DNA of 46,982 nt from Polyangiaceae bacterium (GCA_027009115.1 JALVDI010000044.1:1-46982); one strand, 5' to 3'. Counted from the stretch's first letter, positions 17,697-27,348 are shown. The notes: generated by a model not told the origin, from the letters alone. Program-made: numbers and translations.

Positions 17697-17814
17697 GGCG
17701 AGCCCTTAGCCCAAGTGCGCCCCCGCCTGCAAGCCCCGCGCAGTTCCTCAGACCCGTGCCCGCTCAGTGCGAGTGCGGCAGCGTCCCGGTCCTCGCCGGC
17801 ATCGTCGCCCCCAC

Positions 17815-18117
17815 TCAGTGCGAGTGGCGTTTGCGGTGCGTCTCCACGGCCTTGCTGTCGCGCACCTGACGGTCGATCTTGTCCATGCACAGATCGATCG
17901 AGGCGTACATATCCTCGGACTCCTCGGTCCCGGCGTAGCGATGACCGTCCGCGTGGACCGCGATGGACACGATGTGCAAGTGACGCTCCTTCGACACAGT
18001 CACATCCGCAGTGAGGGGCGAGCGCAGGTACTTTTGTAGGCGGGCGATCTTTTCCGACGCGTAGGCTTTGACACCGTCCGAGGGATCGACGTTACGAAAG
18101 CTGAAACTGATGCGCAT
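17815..18117 (-). CDS. hpf: Ribosome hibernation promoting factor (short HPF/RaiA type)
   Basis: MRISFSFRNVDPSDGVKAYASEKIARLQKY... is typical of the sigma-54 modulation protein family. It lies directly downstream of rpoN. Confidence 0.92.
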   Translation of the reverse strand: MRISFSFRNVDPSDGVKAYASEKIARLQKYLRSPLTADVTVSKERHLHIVSIAVHADGHRYAGTEESEDMYASIDLCMDKIDRQVRDSKAVETHRKRHSH

Positions 18118-18153
18118 CGGACCTCCCGTCTGCCCTGGGCGGCAGCTGTGTTG

Positions 18154-19605
18154 TCAGAAATACTTTTTGCGTTTGGACGAGCTCAGGATACCAAGCATCT
18201 CGCGATACTTGGCCACGGTGCGGCGCGCGATCTTGATCCCGTGGGTGTCGCGCAAGATCTCGACGATGGCCTGATCGCTGTAGGGGTTCCGTTCATCCTC
18301 GCCGTCGATGATCTTCTTGATCGCCTGCTTGACGCTCTCGGAGGCGATGTCCGCGCGCCCTTCACGCTTGATGGCGCTGTTGAAGAAGAACTTGAGCTCG
18401 AAGAGCCCCCGGGGCGTATGCACGTACTTGTTGCTGGTCACGCGCGAGATCGTGCTCTCGTGCATGTCGACGGCCTCGGCGATATCGCGGAGGATCATCG
18501 GCTTGAGGTGCTCGATCCCCTTGTCGAAGAAGTCCCGTTGCTTCTCGACGATGCACTCGGTGACCTTGACGATCGTCTTGCGCCGCTGGTCGATGCTCCG
18601 AATGAGCCATTGCGCGCTCCGGAGCTTGTTCTGGATGTACTCCTTCGCCTTCGGGTTGTCGGCCATCGCAGCACGATAAAAGCCGCTGATCTTCAGTTTC
18701 GGCATCCCGTCGTCGTTCGGCACGACGTAGTACTCGTCACCGACTTTGTGCACGTAGACATCGGGCGTGATGTAGCGAGGCTCCTCGCTGACGTAGTTGC
18801 GCCCCGGCCGCGGCTCGAGCTCGGCGATGACCTGCGCCACGTCGTAGATCTCCTCGACGGGGACATCGAGAGCCCTGGCGATCGCGCCGTAGTTGCGCTT
18901 CTCGAGGTTGGGGATGTGCTCCTCGATGACCTTCACGACGAGCTCGTCCATGCCGAAGTGCTCGGCCTGGACGAGCAGGCACTCCCGGAGCGAACGACTG
19001 CAGACGCCCAGCGGATCGAAGCGCTGCATCATCTTGAGCACTTCTTCGGCGTCCTCCGGATCCAGGCCCACCTCTTCGGCGAGCCGCGGCACGACCTGCT
19101 CCTCGGGGACCCCCTCGATGCGCAGATAGCCATGGTCGTCGAGGTTGCCGATGACGAGCGCCCCGAAGCGTTGCTCGTCCTCGACGAAGTCGCCCATCCG
19201 CAACTGCCACAGCAGGTGCTCGCTCAGGTCCTCGGCGCGGGAGAGGGTCTGGTCCACCCCTGGGAGCTCGTCGTCGCCTCCGCCGCCGCGGAAGGAGGGC
19301 ATCGGAGCCTGCAAAGAGTGGTTCTCGAGGTACTGCTCCCAGTCGATCTCGTCCTTCTTGGCCTTGTTCGGATCCTCCGTCGCGGCCTTGTCGTCGGACG
19401 CGATCTGCTGGTCGATGGTCGACTCGGCGACCTCGCGGTTGTCCCGCCCGTCGAGGGAATCCTCGAGCACGGGGTTCTCCAGGAGCTCCTCTTGCACCAG
19501 CTCCGCCAGCTCCATCCTGGACATCTGCAGCAGCTTGATCGCCTGCTGCAACTGAGGGGTCATGACCAGCTGCTGCGAGAGCCGGAGCTGTTGCTTGATT
19601 TCCAT
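18154..19605 (-). CDS. rpoN: RNA polymerase sigma-54 factor
   Basis: N-terminal MTPQLQQAIKLLQMS. C-terminal RpoN box ARRTVAKYRE. 483 aa. Confidence 0.97.
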   Translation of the reverse strand: MEIKQQLRLSQQLVMTPQLQQAIKLLQMSRMELAELVQEELLENPVLEDSLDGRDNREVAESTIDQQIASDDKAATEDPNKAKKDEIDWEQYLENHSLQAPMPSFRGGGGDDELPGVDQTLSRAEDLSEHLLWQLRMGDFVEDEQRFGALVIGNLDDHGYLRIEGVPEEQVVPRLAEEVGLDPEDAEEVLKMMQRFDPLGVCSRSLRECLLVQAEHFGMDELVVKVIEEHIPNLEKRNYGAIARALDVPVEEIYDVAQVIAELEPRPGRNYVSEEPRYITPDVYVHKVGDEYYVVPNDDGMPKLKISGFYRAAMADNPKAKEYIQNKLRSAQWLIRSIDQRRKTIVKVTECIVEKQRDFFDKGIEHLKPMILRDIAEAVDMHESTISRVTSNKYVHTPRGLFELKFFFNSAIKREGRADIASESVKQAIKKIIDGEDERNPYSDQAIVEILRDTHGIKIARRTVAKYREMLGILSSSKRKKYF

Positions 19606-19629
19606 GACGCGGAGACCTCGGACGAAGCC

Positions 19630-22419
19630 TCAGTCTACACGCCCTGGCGACGCAAGCGAAGCCATGCTTTCCACGCCGGCGACCTCGGCGAGGATCTGGC
19701 GCAGGGCGCGCATCGGAGCGAAGACGACGAGCGCCGTGCGCTCCTCGTCGGCATCGAGGCGCGCGAGAGCCTCGTCCTGCGCATGGACGAGCCCCCGATG
19801 AAGCTGTCCCAGCGCCTCTTGGAGAGGCCCTCGAAGCTCCTGTCGCGGGTCGACCCGCGCGCGGGTGAGAGCCGGACCGAGCGCCTCCTTGGTGAGGTCC
19901 GACCGCGGCAAGACCACGCGGAAGAAGTGCTGCAAAGCGCCCGCCAGCACGCCCCGCTGGTAACCCCAAAAGGCCGCCAACGCGGGACGGATGACCGCGC
20001 GGGCGCGCTCGTCGAGACCGTCGAGGAGCTCGCGGCCGCGGGCCCCCTCGGAGTCGGCCGCCAAGACCCCTCTGGCGCGCGCCACCAGGCGGCGCTCGCA
20101 TGCGTCGACCGCCGCGCGGAGCCGCCGCTCGAGCATCTGAACGAGGAACGCCCGGTCCTCCGGGTGCACGCCGTGAGCGGCAAAGCGGTGCGCCCGGGGC
20201 TGCACGAAGGCGAGGACCTCGTCGGTGGCCGCGTCGAAGGCGGCCTCGAGGTCTGCGTCGAGAGCACGCAACGCCTCGTCCACAGCCAGCAGTAGGTCCG
20301 ACGCGCGCGAGAGGAGCGCCTCGCGCGTCGCCGCGATGGCCTGCCGACGAACGGCGCGTTGGCGCCGAAGCTCACGTTCGGTCGCGAGCGCCTTGTCGAG
20401 CTCCTCGGCAAGGCGCCCGGCGCAGGCCGCGTGCTTGAGCTGGCGCGCCCGACGAAACACCTCCTCATCGAGGGTCGCCAGCAGCGCGGGGAATCCGCTT
20501 CGCGCGTAGGCCTCCTCGTCGCCGGCAACCCGAGCCCGGAGCGCGGCCTTCGCAGAGATCGCGATGGGTCGCACACCAAAGCCCTTCTGCACGACATCGC
20601 AGACCCGCTGAACCTCACCCTCCTGGAGGCGATCGATCTTGTTCAGCACCGGGACGACCAGCCTCCCCCATGCGCGGAGCTGGCTGTGCATCCGGGTCTC
20701 GGAGTGCTTGCCCGCTTGGGCCGCGTCGAAGACCCAGAGCACAGCGTCGGCGCGGCGAGCGGCCTCCCTCGCGAGGCGCTCGTGCTCGGTGTCCAGCGCG
20801 TTCGTACCTGGGGCGTCGAGGATCCAGACGCGCTCCAGAGTCTCGCTGGGCAGAACGATCTCCACGCGGTCGACTCCTTCGGCGCCCGCGGCGTCGCTGC
20901 CGAGGGCCTCGACCTCGGCAAGCATCGGACGGAGCGCCTCATAGGTCCCCTCTCGGGTGCGGCCGTCCTTGTAGACGACGCGCACCAGCCGCTCGGCTCC
21001 GCCACGCAGCACGTTGAGCGTGGCTGTCGTGGGCACCACCCCCGTCGGCGCGACCTCGGCACCGATGAAGGCGTTGATCCAGGTGGACTTGCCCGCGTTG
21101 AACTCGCCGAGCACGCCCAGCAGCAGCGGCCGGTCGAGCTCGTCGCGGAGCGCCCGGGCGCGCCGGGCGACCTCCGCCAGAGCGTGGCGCTCACCGAAAT
21201 CGGCGACGGCGTCGATCGCCCTGGCGAGGTCGAGCTCCCCGCTCGCCGACCAGAGCGCGCGCAGCGCCTCCCGACGCAGCGCCTCGGCTTCCCCCCGATC
21301 GACGGCGCGGCCTGCGGCGGCGAAGGCATCGAGAGCCGCGAGCGCTCCGGGGGCGTCCCCATCGTCCAGCAGCGCCCGCGCGCGCGCCAAATAGGCCCGC
21401 GGCTCGTCGCCCTCCGCGGCCCTGCCCTCCACCCAAGCGCGCACCGCCTGGGCCACCGGGTCGCCGGGGGCGGCGCGCTCGAGGGCTCCAACGTAGGCGA
21501 GGGCGCGATCCCGCGGCGCGACCCGGGCGGCCGCCCGCAGAAGCTCGACCTCGTCGCCGGCGGCCGCCGCGTACGCTTCTGCCGCGTCCGCATACGCCCC
21601 GGATGCCTCGAGCACCTCGGCCAGCACCTGCAGTGCGGGCGAGCCGACTCCCCGGGACACCGCCACGCGCGCCAAGCGCTCGGCCTCGGCGAGGGCTCCA
21701 CGCGCGAGGGCCTCCCGCGCGAGCGCCACCTGCGCGCTGGGTTCCCCGCTCGCCGCAGCAACCTCGAGGAACACGCGAGCGTCCCGGGGCGCACCGACCT
21801 CCGACAGGGCGCGCCCTACCCGCGAGGCTTCTTCGGCGCGGAGCTCCGAAGGGACCAGCTGGCCGGCCGCAGCGCGGGCTCCACCGGGGTCCCCGGCAGC
21901 GGCAAGGGCCTCCACGAGCGCGACCTCGAGATCGTGCCGGCCAGGCTCGGCGGACAGGGCCTTGCGGAGCTCCCGCGCCGCGCGGTCCGGGCGCCCCCGA
22001 CGCCACTCGGCCCACGCCGCGAGGGCGCACGCCTCGGCCAGGGGGGGACCCCCAGCGTCGGCTCGGGCGCGCGCCGCGTCCGCCGCCGCGGCCGCCGCGA
22101 GATCCACGCGCCCCTGCCCGAGCGCAACCCGCGCCGTCCAAAGCGCGAGATCTCCATCTTCAGGGGCGAGCTGTCGCGCCTCCTCGAGGGCCGCGAGGGT
22201 GCCCTCTTCATCGCCGAGGCCCTGACGGGCCCGAGCCAAACCCACCGCCGCGCGCACGAGCTGAGGCCGCTCCGCCAGCACCTCCAGCAGCAAGCGCTCG
22301 GCCTCCTCGAAACGGCCTCCCCCAAGGGCGGCCTCGGCTTCGTCGAGGGCGTCGCGGACCTCGTCGGGGAGAAAGAGGACGTCGTCGAGGAAACGCCCGA
22401 CGCGGTCGAGGAAGCCCAT
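19630..22419 (-). CDS. TPR-repeat / bacterial dynamin-like GTPase fusion protein
   Basis: The N-terminal ~400 aa is Ala-rich and TPR-like. GTPase motifs are G1 GEFNAGKST, G3 DAPGT and G4 NKID, followed by a long helical C-terminal region. ATG at 22419 (alternative 22440). The stop lies 24 nt upstream of the rpoN ATG. Confidence 0.8.
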   Translation of the reverse strand: MGFLDRVGRFLDDVLFLPDEVRDALDEAEAALGGGRFEEAERLLLEVLAERPQLVRAAVGLARARQGLGDEEGTLAALEEARQLAPEDGDLALWTARVALGQGRVDLAAAAAADAARARADAGGPPLAEACALAAWAEWRRGRPDRAARELRKALSAEPGRHDLEVALVEALAAAGDPGGARAAAGQLVPSELRAEEASRVGRALSEVGAPRDARVFLEVAAASGEPSAQVALAREALARGALAEAERLARVAVSRGVGSPALQVLAEVLEASGAYADAAEAYAAAAGDEVELLRAAARVAPRDRALAYVGALERAAPGDPVAQAVRAWVEGRAAEGDEPRAYLARARALLDDGDAPGALAALDAFAAAGRAVDRGEAEALRREALRALWSASGELDLARAIDAVADFGERHALAEVARRARALRDELDRPLLLGVLGEFNAGKSTWINAFIGAEVAPTGVVPTTATLNVLRGGAERLVRVVYKDGRTREGTYEALRPMLAEVEALGSDAAGAEGVDRVEIVLPSETLERVWILDAPGTNALDTEHERLAREAARRADAVLWVFDAAQAGKHSETRMHSQLRAWGRLVVPVLNKIDRLQEGEVQRVCDVVQKGFGVRPIAISAKAALRARVAGDEEAYARSGFPALLATLDEEVFRRARQLKHAACAGRLAEELDKALATERELRRQRAVRRQAIAATREALLSRASDLLLAVDEALRALDADLEAAFDAATDEVLAFVQPRAHRFAAHGVHPEDRAFLVQMLERRLRAAVDACERRLVARARGVLAADSEGARGRELLDGLDERARAVIRPALAAFWGYQRGVLAGALQHFFRVVLPRSDLTKEALGPALTRARVDPRQELRGPLQEALGQLHRGLVHAQDEALARLDADEERTALVVFAPMRALRQILAEVAGVESMASLASPGRVD

Positions 22420-22448
22420 GACGCCTCGGTGGTGTACCATGAACGCCG

Positions 22449-23411
22449 ATGGGCGCGGAGCCGGCACGCATCGTGGTCGCCGAAGACGACGCATCGACTC
22501 GGCGGCAGCTCGGCTCCCTGCTCTCCCGGCGGGGCTATGCGGTACAGCTCGTGGCGTCGGCCACCGCTGCCCTCGAACACGTGCGCCGCGGCGACGTGGA
22601 CCTGTGCCTCTTCGACGTCATCATGCCGGGTCTCGGAGGTCTGAAAGCCTGCCGGATGGTCAAGTCGATGACCGCGGAGGAGAGCTTCGTCCCCGTCATC
22701 TTGTTGACTGCCAAATCGGACCCCGACAGCCGGGTCGAAGGCTTGCGCATCGGCGCCGACGACTACGTGAGCAAGCCCTTCGACGAGCGCGAGCTCGTGG
22801 CCCGGGTGGAGAGCATGCTGCGCATCAAGCGCATGCACGACTCCGTGCAGGAGGCCAAGAACCGCCTGGCGGAGCTGGCGATCACCGACGAACTGACGGG
22901 CCTGTTCAACTTCCGCTATCTCCACACCCGACTCCACGAAGAATTCAAGCGGGCCGAGCGGTATCGGGACCCCCTCGCCTGCGCGATGATCGACCTCGAC
23001 GATTTCAAGTCGATCAACGACACCCACGGCCACGACGCCGGAGACGCCGTACTCGCGGAGGTGGCTCGTCGAGTCCGCGAAGTCGTTCGAGAGATCGACG
23101 TGGTCACGCGCTACGGCGGCGACGAGCTGCTCCTCATGCTCCCCAACACACACTTCAGCGGTGCGATCACCGTCGCCCATCGGCTGTGGGACGCAATCCG
23201 GGACGAGCCCTTCACGCTGCCTTCGAGCGGAAGGCTCCGCTGCAGCGTCAGCATCGGAGTCGCGCTCTACCCGAGCCGAGACATCGGCTCCAAGCAGGAG
23301 CTCCTCCGAGCCGCCGACCAGGCGCTCTACCAGGCCAAGCGGGACGGCCGCGACCGCATCTGCGTGTTCCAACACCAGAGCTACATCTACCGGCCGGACC
23401 CTCCCTCGTAG
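22449..23411 (+). CDS. Response regulator receiver - GGDEF diguanylate cyclase (PleD/WspR-like)
   Basis: REC domain (IVVAEDD ... DVIMPGLGG ... LTAK). GGDEF domain with active site GGDEL and an RxxD I-site (REID) five residues upstream. Confidence 0.9.
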   Translation: MGAEPARIVVAEDDASTRRQLGSLLSRRGYAVQLVASATAALEHVRRGDVDLCLFDVIMPGLGGLKACRMVKSMTAEESFVPVILLTAKSDPDSRVEGLRIGADDYVSKPFDERELVARVESMLRIKRMHDSVQEAKNRLAELAITDELTGLFNFRYLHTRLHEEFKRAERYRDPLACAMIDLDDFKSINDTHGHDAGDAVLAEVARRVREVVREIDVVTRYGGDELLLMLPNTHFSGAITVAHRLWDAIRDEPFTLPSSGRLRCSVSIGVALYPSRDIGSKQELLRAADQALYQAKRDGRDRICVFQHQSYIYRPDPPS

Positions 23412-23457
23412 CGGCCCCTCGACGACGATGCCGCATCCGAGCTAGGGTCCCCGCGGC

Positions 23458-24378
23458 ATGGCGCTCATCGAGCTACAGGGCGTGGAGAAGCGCTACGGGG
23501 AGCTGCAAGCCCTCAAGGACGTGAGCCTGGAGCTGGGCGAGGGGCGCATCGGACTGCTCGGCCCCAACGGGGCGGGCAAGAGCACCCTGCTGAAGATCCT
23601 CCTGGGGTTGGTCGAGCACGACCGAGGGATCGTGCGCGTCCTGGACCGGGAGGTCGCCCGCGACCCCTTCGAGGTCCGCGCTCTCATCGGCTACATGCCG
23701 GAAGGCGACGCGGTGATGCCCGAGCTGACGGCGCTCCAGTACGCGACCTTCGCGGGCGAGCTGTGCGGCCTGCCCCGCGCCGAGGCCAAAGCCCGCGCGC
23801 ACCAGGTGCTGCACTACGTCGGGCTGGGGGAGGCGCGCTACCGCCGGCTCGGCTCCTACTCGACCGGCATGAAGCAGCGCGTACGCCTGGCCCAAGCCCT
23901 GGTCGGCGACCCGAAACTGCTGCTTCTCGACGAGCCCACCAGCGGCCTCGACCCCCGCGGACGCGACGAAATGCTCCAGCTCATCGTCGACATCCCGCGG
24001 CGCACGGGCGCGAGCGTGATCCTCTCGACGCACATCCTGCCGGACGTCGAGAAGGTCTGCGACCAGGTCGTGGTCGTCGCCGAAGGCGAGATCCTGTACG
24101 CCGGCGCCCTCGCCCCCCTCGTACGCGCCGACTCGGGCATCTACGAGGTGCGGGGGAAGGGCGACCCGGCCAAGCTCCGCGAGGCCCTCGAGCGTGCCCA
24201 CTGCGTGGTCGAGATCAACGGCGCCAACCTGGAGGTCCGCGTCCCCGAGGGCCAGGATCAACGCTACATCCTGCGCGCCGCGCGGGACGCGGGGGTCCAG
24301 GTTCGGCACGTCGCACCGCTGATCAAGACCCTCGAGCGCGCCTTCCTGCAGACCCTCGAACGAGCCGGCAAGGTCTGA
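23458..24378 (+). CDS. ABC transporter ATP-binding protein (no adjacent permease gene)
   Basis: Walker A GPNGAGKST, signature YSTGMKQR and Walker B LLLLDEPTSGLD. The next gene is on the opposite strand. Confidence 0.9.
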   Translation: MALIELQGVEKRYGELQALKDVSLELGEGRIGLLGPNGAGKSTLLKILLGLVEHDRGIVRVLDREVARDPFEVRALIGYMPEGDAVMPELTALQYATFAGELCGLPRAEAKARAHQVLHYVGLGEARYRRLGSYSTGMKQRVRLAQALVGDPKLLLLDEPTSGLDPRGRDEMLQLIVDIPRRTGASVILSTHILPDVEKVCDQVVVVAEGEILYAGALAPLVRADSGIYEVRGKGDPAKLREALERAHCVVEINGANLEVRVPEGQDQRYILRAARDAGVQVRHVAPLIKTLERAFLQTLERAGKV

Positions 24379-24409
24379 AGGGCCCCGACGAGTACCGAGG
24401 CCACGTCTC

Positions 24410-24853
24410 CTACGGAAGCGACTTCGTGAACACCATGCGGCCGCGGCCAGGGCCCGCATAGTCGGGCTCTTCGCGAGCTTCGAAGCCGAGGGCACGATGG
24501 AATGCCACGCTTCCGTCGTTGCCGACCGCCGCGATGGCCTTCATCCGGCGCACTCCCGCAGCACGGCAGCGCTCCTCGAAGCGCTGGTAGAGCGCCTTGC
24601 CGACGCCCATGCGCCGGTGCTCGGGCTCGATGCCCACGAGGTGCACGTAGCCCAGGTCGACGGTGATGAAGCCGAGCAAGAAGCCCACGACCTCGCTGTC
24701 GTGCTCCGCGATGAGCGCGTGCTCGCCGAACTCGTAGAAGAACATGGGGTCGGCGCGCTGCCCCGAAGGCCCTCCCCACCAGCGGTCGAGCTCCCGCACG
24801 AGGAAGTCGTAGTCGGCCTTGCGAATGCCGCGGATGTGGACTCCCTGCGTCAT
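24410..24853 (-). CDS. GNAT family N-acetyltransferase
   Basis: Acetyl-CoA binding motif RRMGVGKALY and typical GNAT length. ATG at 24853; alternative GTG at 24871. Confidence 0.85.
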   Translation of the reverse strand: MTQGVHIRGIRKADYDFLVRELDRWWGGPSGQRADPMFFYEFGEHALIAEHDSEVVGFLLGFITVDLGYVHLVGIEPEHRRMGVGKALYQRFEERCRAAGVRRMKAIAAVGNDGSVAFHRALGFEAREEPDYAGPGRGRMVFTKSLP

Positions 24854-24912
24854 CGCGGACGGCGGTAGCACGAAACCCGACTTGGACGAAAGCCCCGTGG
24901 TATGCCCCTTCC

Positions 24913-25560
24913 GTGAAAGCTGGGACCCACAAGGAGCAGGACGGAGGGCAGACCCGCGCCCCGCTCTTCTGCCCGTTCTGCGGCGAATGCTTCGAAGACG
25001 AGACGCGCTGCCCCAGCCACGACCTGCCCCTGGTCCCCTTCGACGCCCTCGGCCGCATGCGCACCCCGCCGGTGCCCGACGAACACGAAGCGGTGGCCCC
25101 GCACGACCTGCGCTTCGGGCGCGGCTGGATCGCTGCAGGCGCGCTCCTGGTGTTGGTCGGCTTCCTGCTGCCCTTCGCCACTTCGTCGCAGGGCGCGCGG
25201 GTCGCCACGGCCACGGGCCTCCAGGTCGCCTCCCGAGCGGCGCTCAACCTCTGGTTTCTGCCGCTCGTCGCCTTCAGCTGGATCGCCATCCTCGCCCGGC
25301 GCCGCACCCCCGCCCAGATGCGTGGCGCGCGCCTCGCCGTCCCCCTGCTCTGCCTGGGAGCCGCCGGCAGCCTCGGTTACAGCTTGTGGCGCATCCACGA
25401 GGGCGCCGAACGCATCGCGCGCACCTATGGCCTGAGCGTCGACATCGAGCTGGGCGCGGGCGTGTTCGTCATGGCCGCCGGCGTCGTCCTCGCCTTCGTG
25501 GGCGGTTTGCGACTCGGAGCGCTCCCCAAACCCTCGCCCCCTCGCTACCGCACCGACTGA
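24913..25560 (+). CDS. Membrane protein with N-terminal zinc-ribbon-like motif
   Basis: CPFCGECFEDETRCPSH is followed by about four hydrophobic segments. GTG start. No family recognised. Confidence 0.6.
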   Translation: MKAGTHKEQDGGQTRAPLFCPFCGECFEDETRCPSHDLPLVPFDALGRMRTPPVPDEHEAVAPHDLRFGRGWIAAGALLVLVGFLLPFATSSQGARVATATGLQVASRAALNLWFLPLVAFSWIAILARRRTPAQMRGARLAVPLLCLGAAGSLGYSLWRIHEGAERIARTYGLSVDIELGAGVFVMAAGVVLAFVGGLRLGALPKPSPPRYRTD

Positions 25561-25677
25561 GATGCGGGCCCAGCAAACCGGACCGCGGCGCTTTGCGCCG
25601 GCCCCGACGCGGGGTATCCTCACGCGTCCCCGAAACCCCCGCGTTTTCGAGGTTCAACCGTTTCTCGGAGCCACTCC

Positions 25678-26499
25678 ATGACTTATTCCGGGGCCACCCA
25701 AGCCCGCGAAGCGCGAGAGGCACTCGGCCAAGCGCTCGAGGTTCTCCAGCAAGACCCGAACATCCCGCCGGACGTGCTGGCGGTGGCGCAGAACATCGCC
25801 CAGGCGGTCGGCGCACTCTTCGAAGCCGAGAAGGCCTCGACCGAGCCCGACGGGAAGTCGTCGGTCAAGAGCGCGCTGGGCTCCCTCAGCCAAACCCTCG
25901 CGCTGCTGCAGGACGTTCGCAGCCAGCATCAGGGCATCACGGTCGCGACGGAGACGATCGCGAAGGCGATGAACCAGCTCTACCCTCTGACGACGCAGCC
26001 GAGCAAGGCGCCGCCCCCGTCGCCAAACGCGATGGCCGCCGCTCAGGCCACCATCGAGAGCGGTCCCCCGCGCGGGATGACCCAGCCCCAGTCGGCGGCC
26101 CCAGCGTCCCCGGCGGTCCCTCCCGGCAAGAGCTCCATGGCGCCCCCGAAGGCACCGGCCGGGGACGGCCCCCGCGAGCCCCTCGAGGCCAACATCGGCG
26201 CCACCACGGAGTCGAACTTCTACGTGGGCTTCAGCGGCGAGATCGCCGACGGAGGCGTGTTCTTGGCGACGTACGAGGTGCTCCCGCCAGGCACCAAGGT
26301 CGATCTGCTGGTGACCCTTCCGGGCAACTTCGAGTTCCGCTGCAAGGGGTGGGTTCGCTTCGTCCGGGACCCCTTCGACCTCAGCCAGGACGGCTCGGAG
26401 CCCGGCATGGGCATCCAGTTCGAGTCGCTCGACGCCCAGGCCCGCGAGCTCGTGCTCCGCTTCGTCCGCAAGCGACCGCCGATGTTCTACGACGACTGA
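25678..26499 (+). CDS. Protein with helical N-domain, Pro/Ala-rich linker and degenerate C-terminal PilZ (TIGR02266-like) domain
   Basis: The C-terminus (GGVFLATYEVLPPGTKVDLLV ... GWVRFV ... PGMGIQFESL) resembles the PilZ fold. RxxxR is absent and the D/NxSxxG position reads SGEIADGG. GGAG lies 7 nt upstream of the ATG. Confidence 0.7.
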   Translation: MTYSGATQAREAREALGQALEVLQQDPNIPPDVLAVAQNIAQAVGALFEAEKASTEPDGKSSVKSALGSLSQTLALLQDVRSQHQGITVATETIAKAMNQLYPLTTQPSKAPPPSPNAMAAAQATIESGPPRGMTQPQSAAPASPAVPPGKSSMAPPKAPAGDGPREPLEANIGATTESNFYVGFSGEIADGGVFLATYEVLPPGTKVDLLVTLPGNFEFRCKGWVRFVRDPFDLSQDGSEPGMGIQFESLDAQARELVLRFVRKRPPMFYDD

Positions 26500-26566
26500 A
26501 CGGTAGCCCACGGACGGGGGTGATTCTCCGCGCGCCGCGCCGCTGGACGGCTGCTATGGTTGGAGG

Positions 26567-27148
26567 GTGATCCTTCGAAAGGCGGCCCTACGTCCCGTGC
26601 CCCCCTACGCGCTCGTGGACAGCCACGTCCTCGAACACCTCGAAGCCTCCCTCGACACGGCAGACGACTCGCTTCAGGACCTGCTCGACCGCAGCTTCAC
26701 CGAGCTCGATCGACGGCAGGGCGCCCTCGCCGAGTGGCTCGCCGACATCCTCGCTCGGACCCGCGACGAGCTCGTCCAGTCCCTCGGCTACTTCCTGGCC
26801 GTCACGGTCTACATGGCTTTTCGCGAGGCCTTCCCCACCCGACTCACCGAGGTCGATCCGAACGGCCTGGGGATCGCGCGCGCGACGCTCTCGGCGGATG
26901 AAGAGCTGCGCGCCGCCGACCCCGCCGAGGTCCTCAACAGCGACGACGTCATCGCGCTCACGCAGCCGGCGCTCGTGCAGTACATCCAGCACCACGTCGA
27001 CGAGGCCCTCGACCAGGGCGAGGGCGAGGTGGACCTCGACGAGCTCGAGCGGGTCTATCGGGCCATCCTCGTGGAAATCATCGCCCTCAGCCACGCCGTC
27101 GCCTCGCCGAGCGGCCAGCTCGGCCCTTCCCCGGAGACGCTCGCCTGA
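26567..27148 (+). CDS. Acidic hypothetical protein
   Basis: Strong G/C third-position bias in this frame; the antisense ORF 26588-27184 was rejected. The start is uncertain (GTG immediately after GGAGG). No family recognised. Confidence 0.6.
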   Translation: MILRKAALRPVPPYALVDSHVLEHLEASLDTADDSLQDLLDRSFTELDRRQGALAEWLADILARTRDELVQSLGYFLAVTVYMAFREAFPTRLTEVDPNGLGIARATLSADEELRAADPAEVLNSDDVIALTQPALVQYIQHHVDEALDQGEGEVDLDELERVYRAILVEIIALSHAVASPSGQLGPSPETLA

Positions 27149-27348
27149 GATGCGGCGGCATGTCCGCCGTCCTCCGCGCTGCATCCATGGGCGGCCGCGA
27201 TCGCCCGGGATGCGGCGGCACGTCCCTCGCGTTGGCCGCTTCGCTGCGCGGCGGATCCGCGGCGCCGGACGACCGACGGTCGCTACTGGCGACCCATGGG
27301 GATCCCCGAAACGTAGTCCTCACGGTCCGCCCCCCTGCGGACCGCGAC

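Noticed and set aside
17763-17826. 13-nt direct repeat CTCAGTGCGAGTG at 17763-17775 and 17814-17826. The second copy covers the hpf stop codon.
   Set aside because: The repeat is short and could be a small slippage duplication of the hpf 3' end. No structure or additional copies were seen, so there is too little evidence for a functional claim.
19630-22419. Dynamin-like GTPase, considered as an Eleos/LeoA-type anti-phage defence system.
   Set aside because: Those systems have paired dynamin-like genes (LeoA with LeoBC). Here there is a single TPR-fused gene embedded among housekeeping and regulatory genes, with no second GTPase or other defence genes nearby.
23458-24378. ABC ATPase near rpoN, considered as lptB.
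   Set aside because: It is on the opposite strand, 3.8 kb from rpoN and separated from it by two genes. Its N-terminus does not resemble LptB. I call it a generic ABC ATPase with no adjacent permease.
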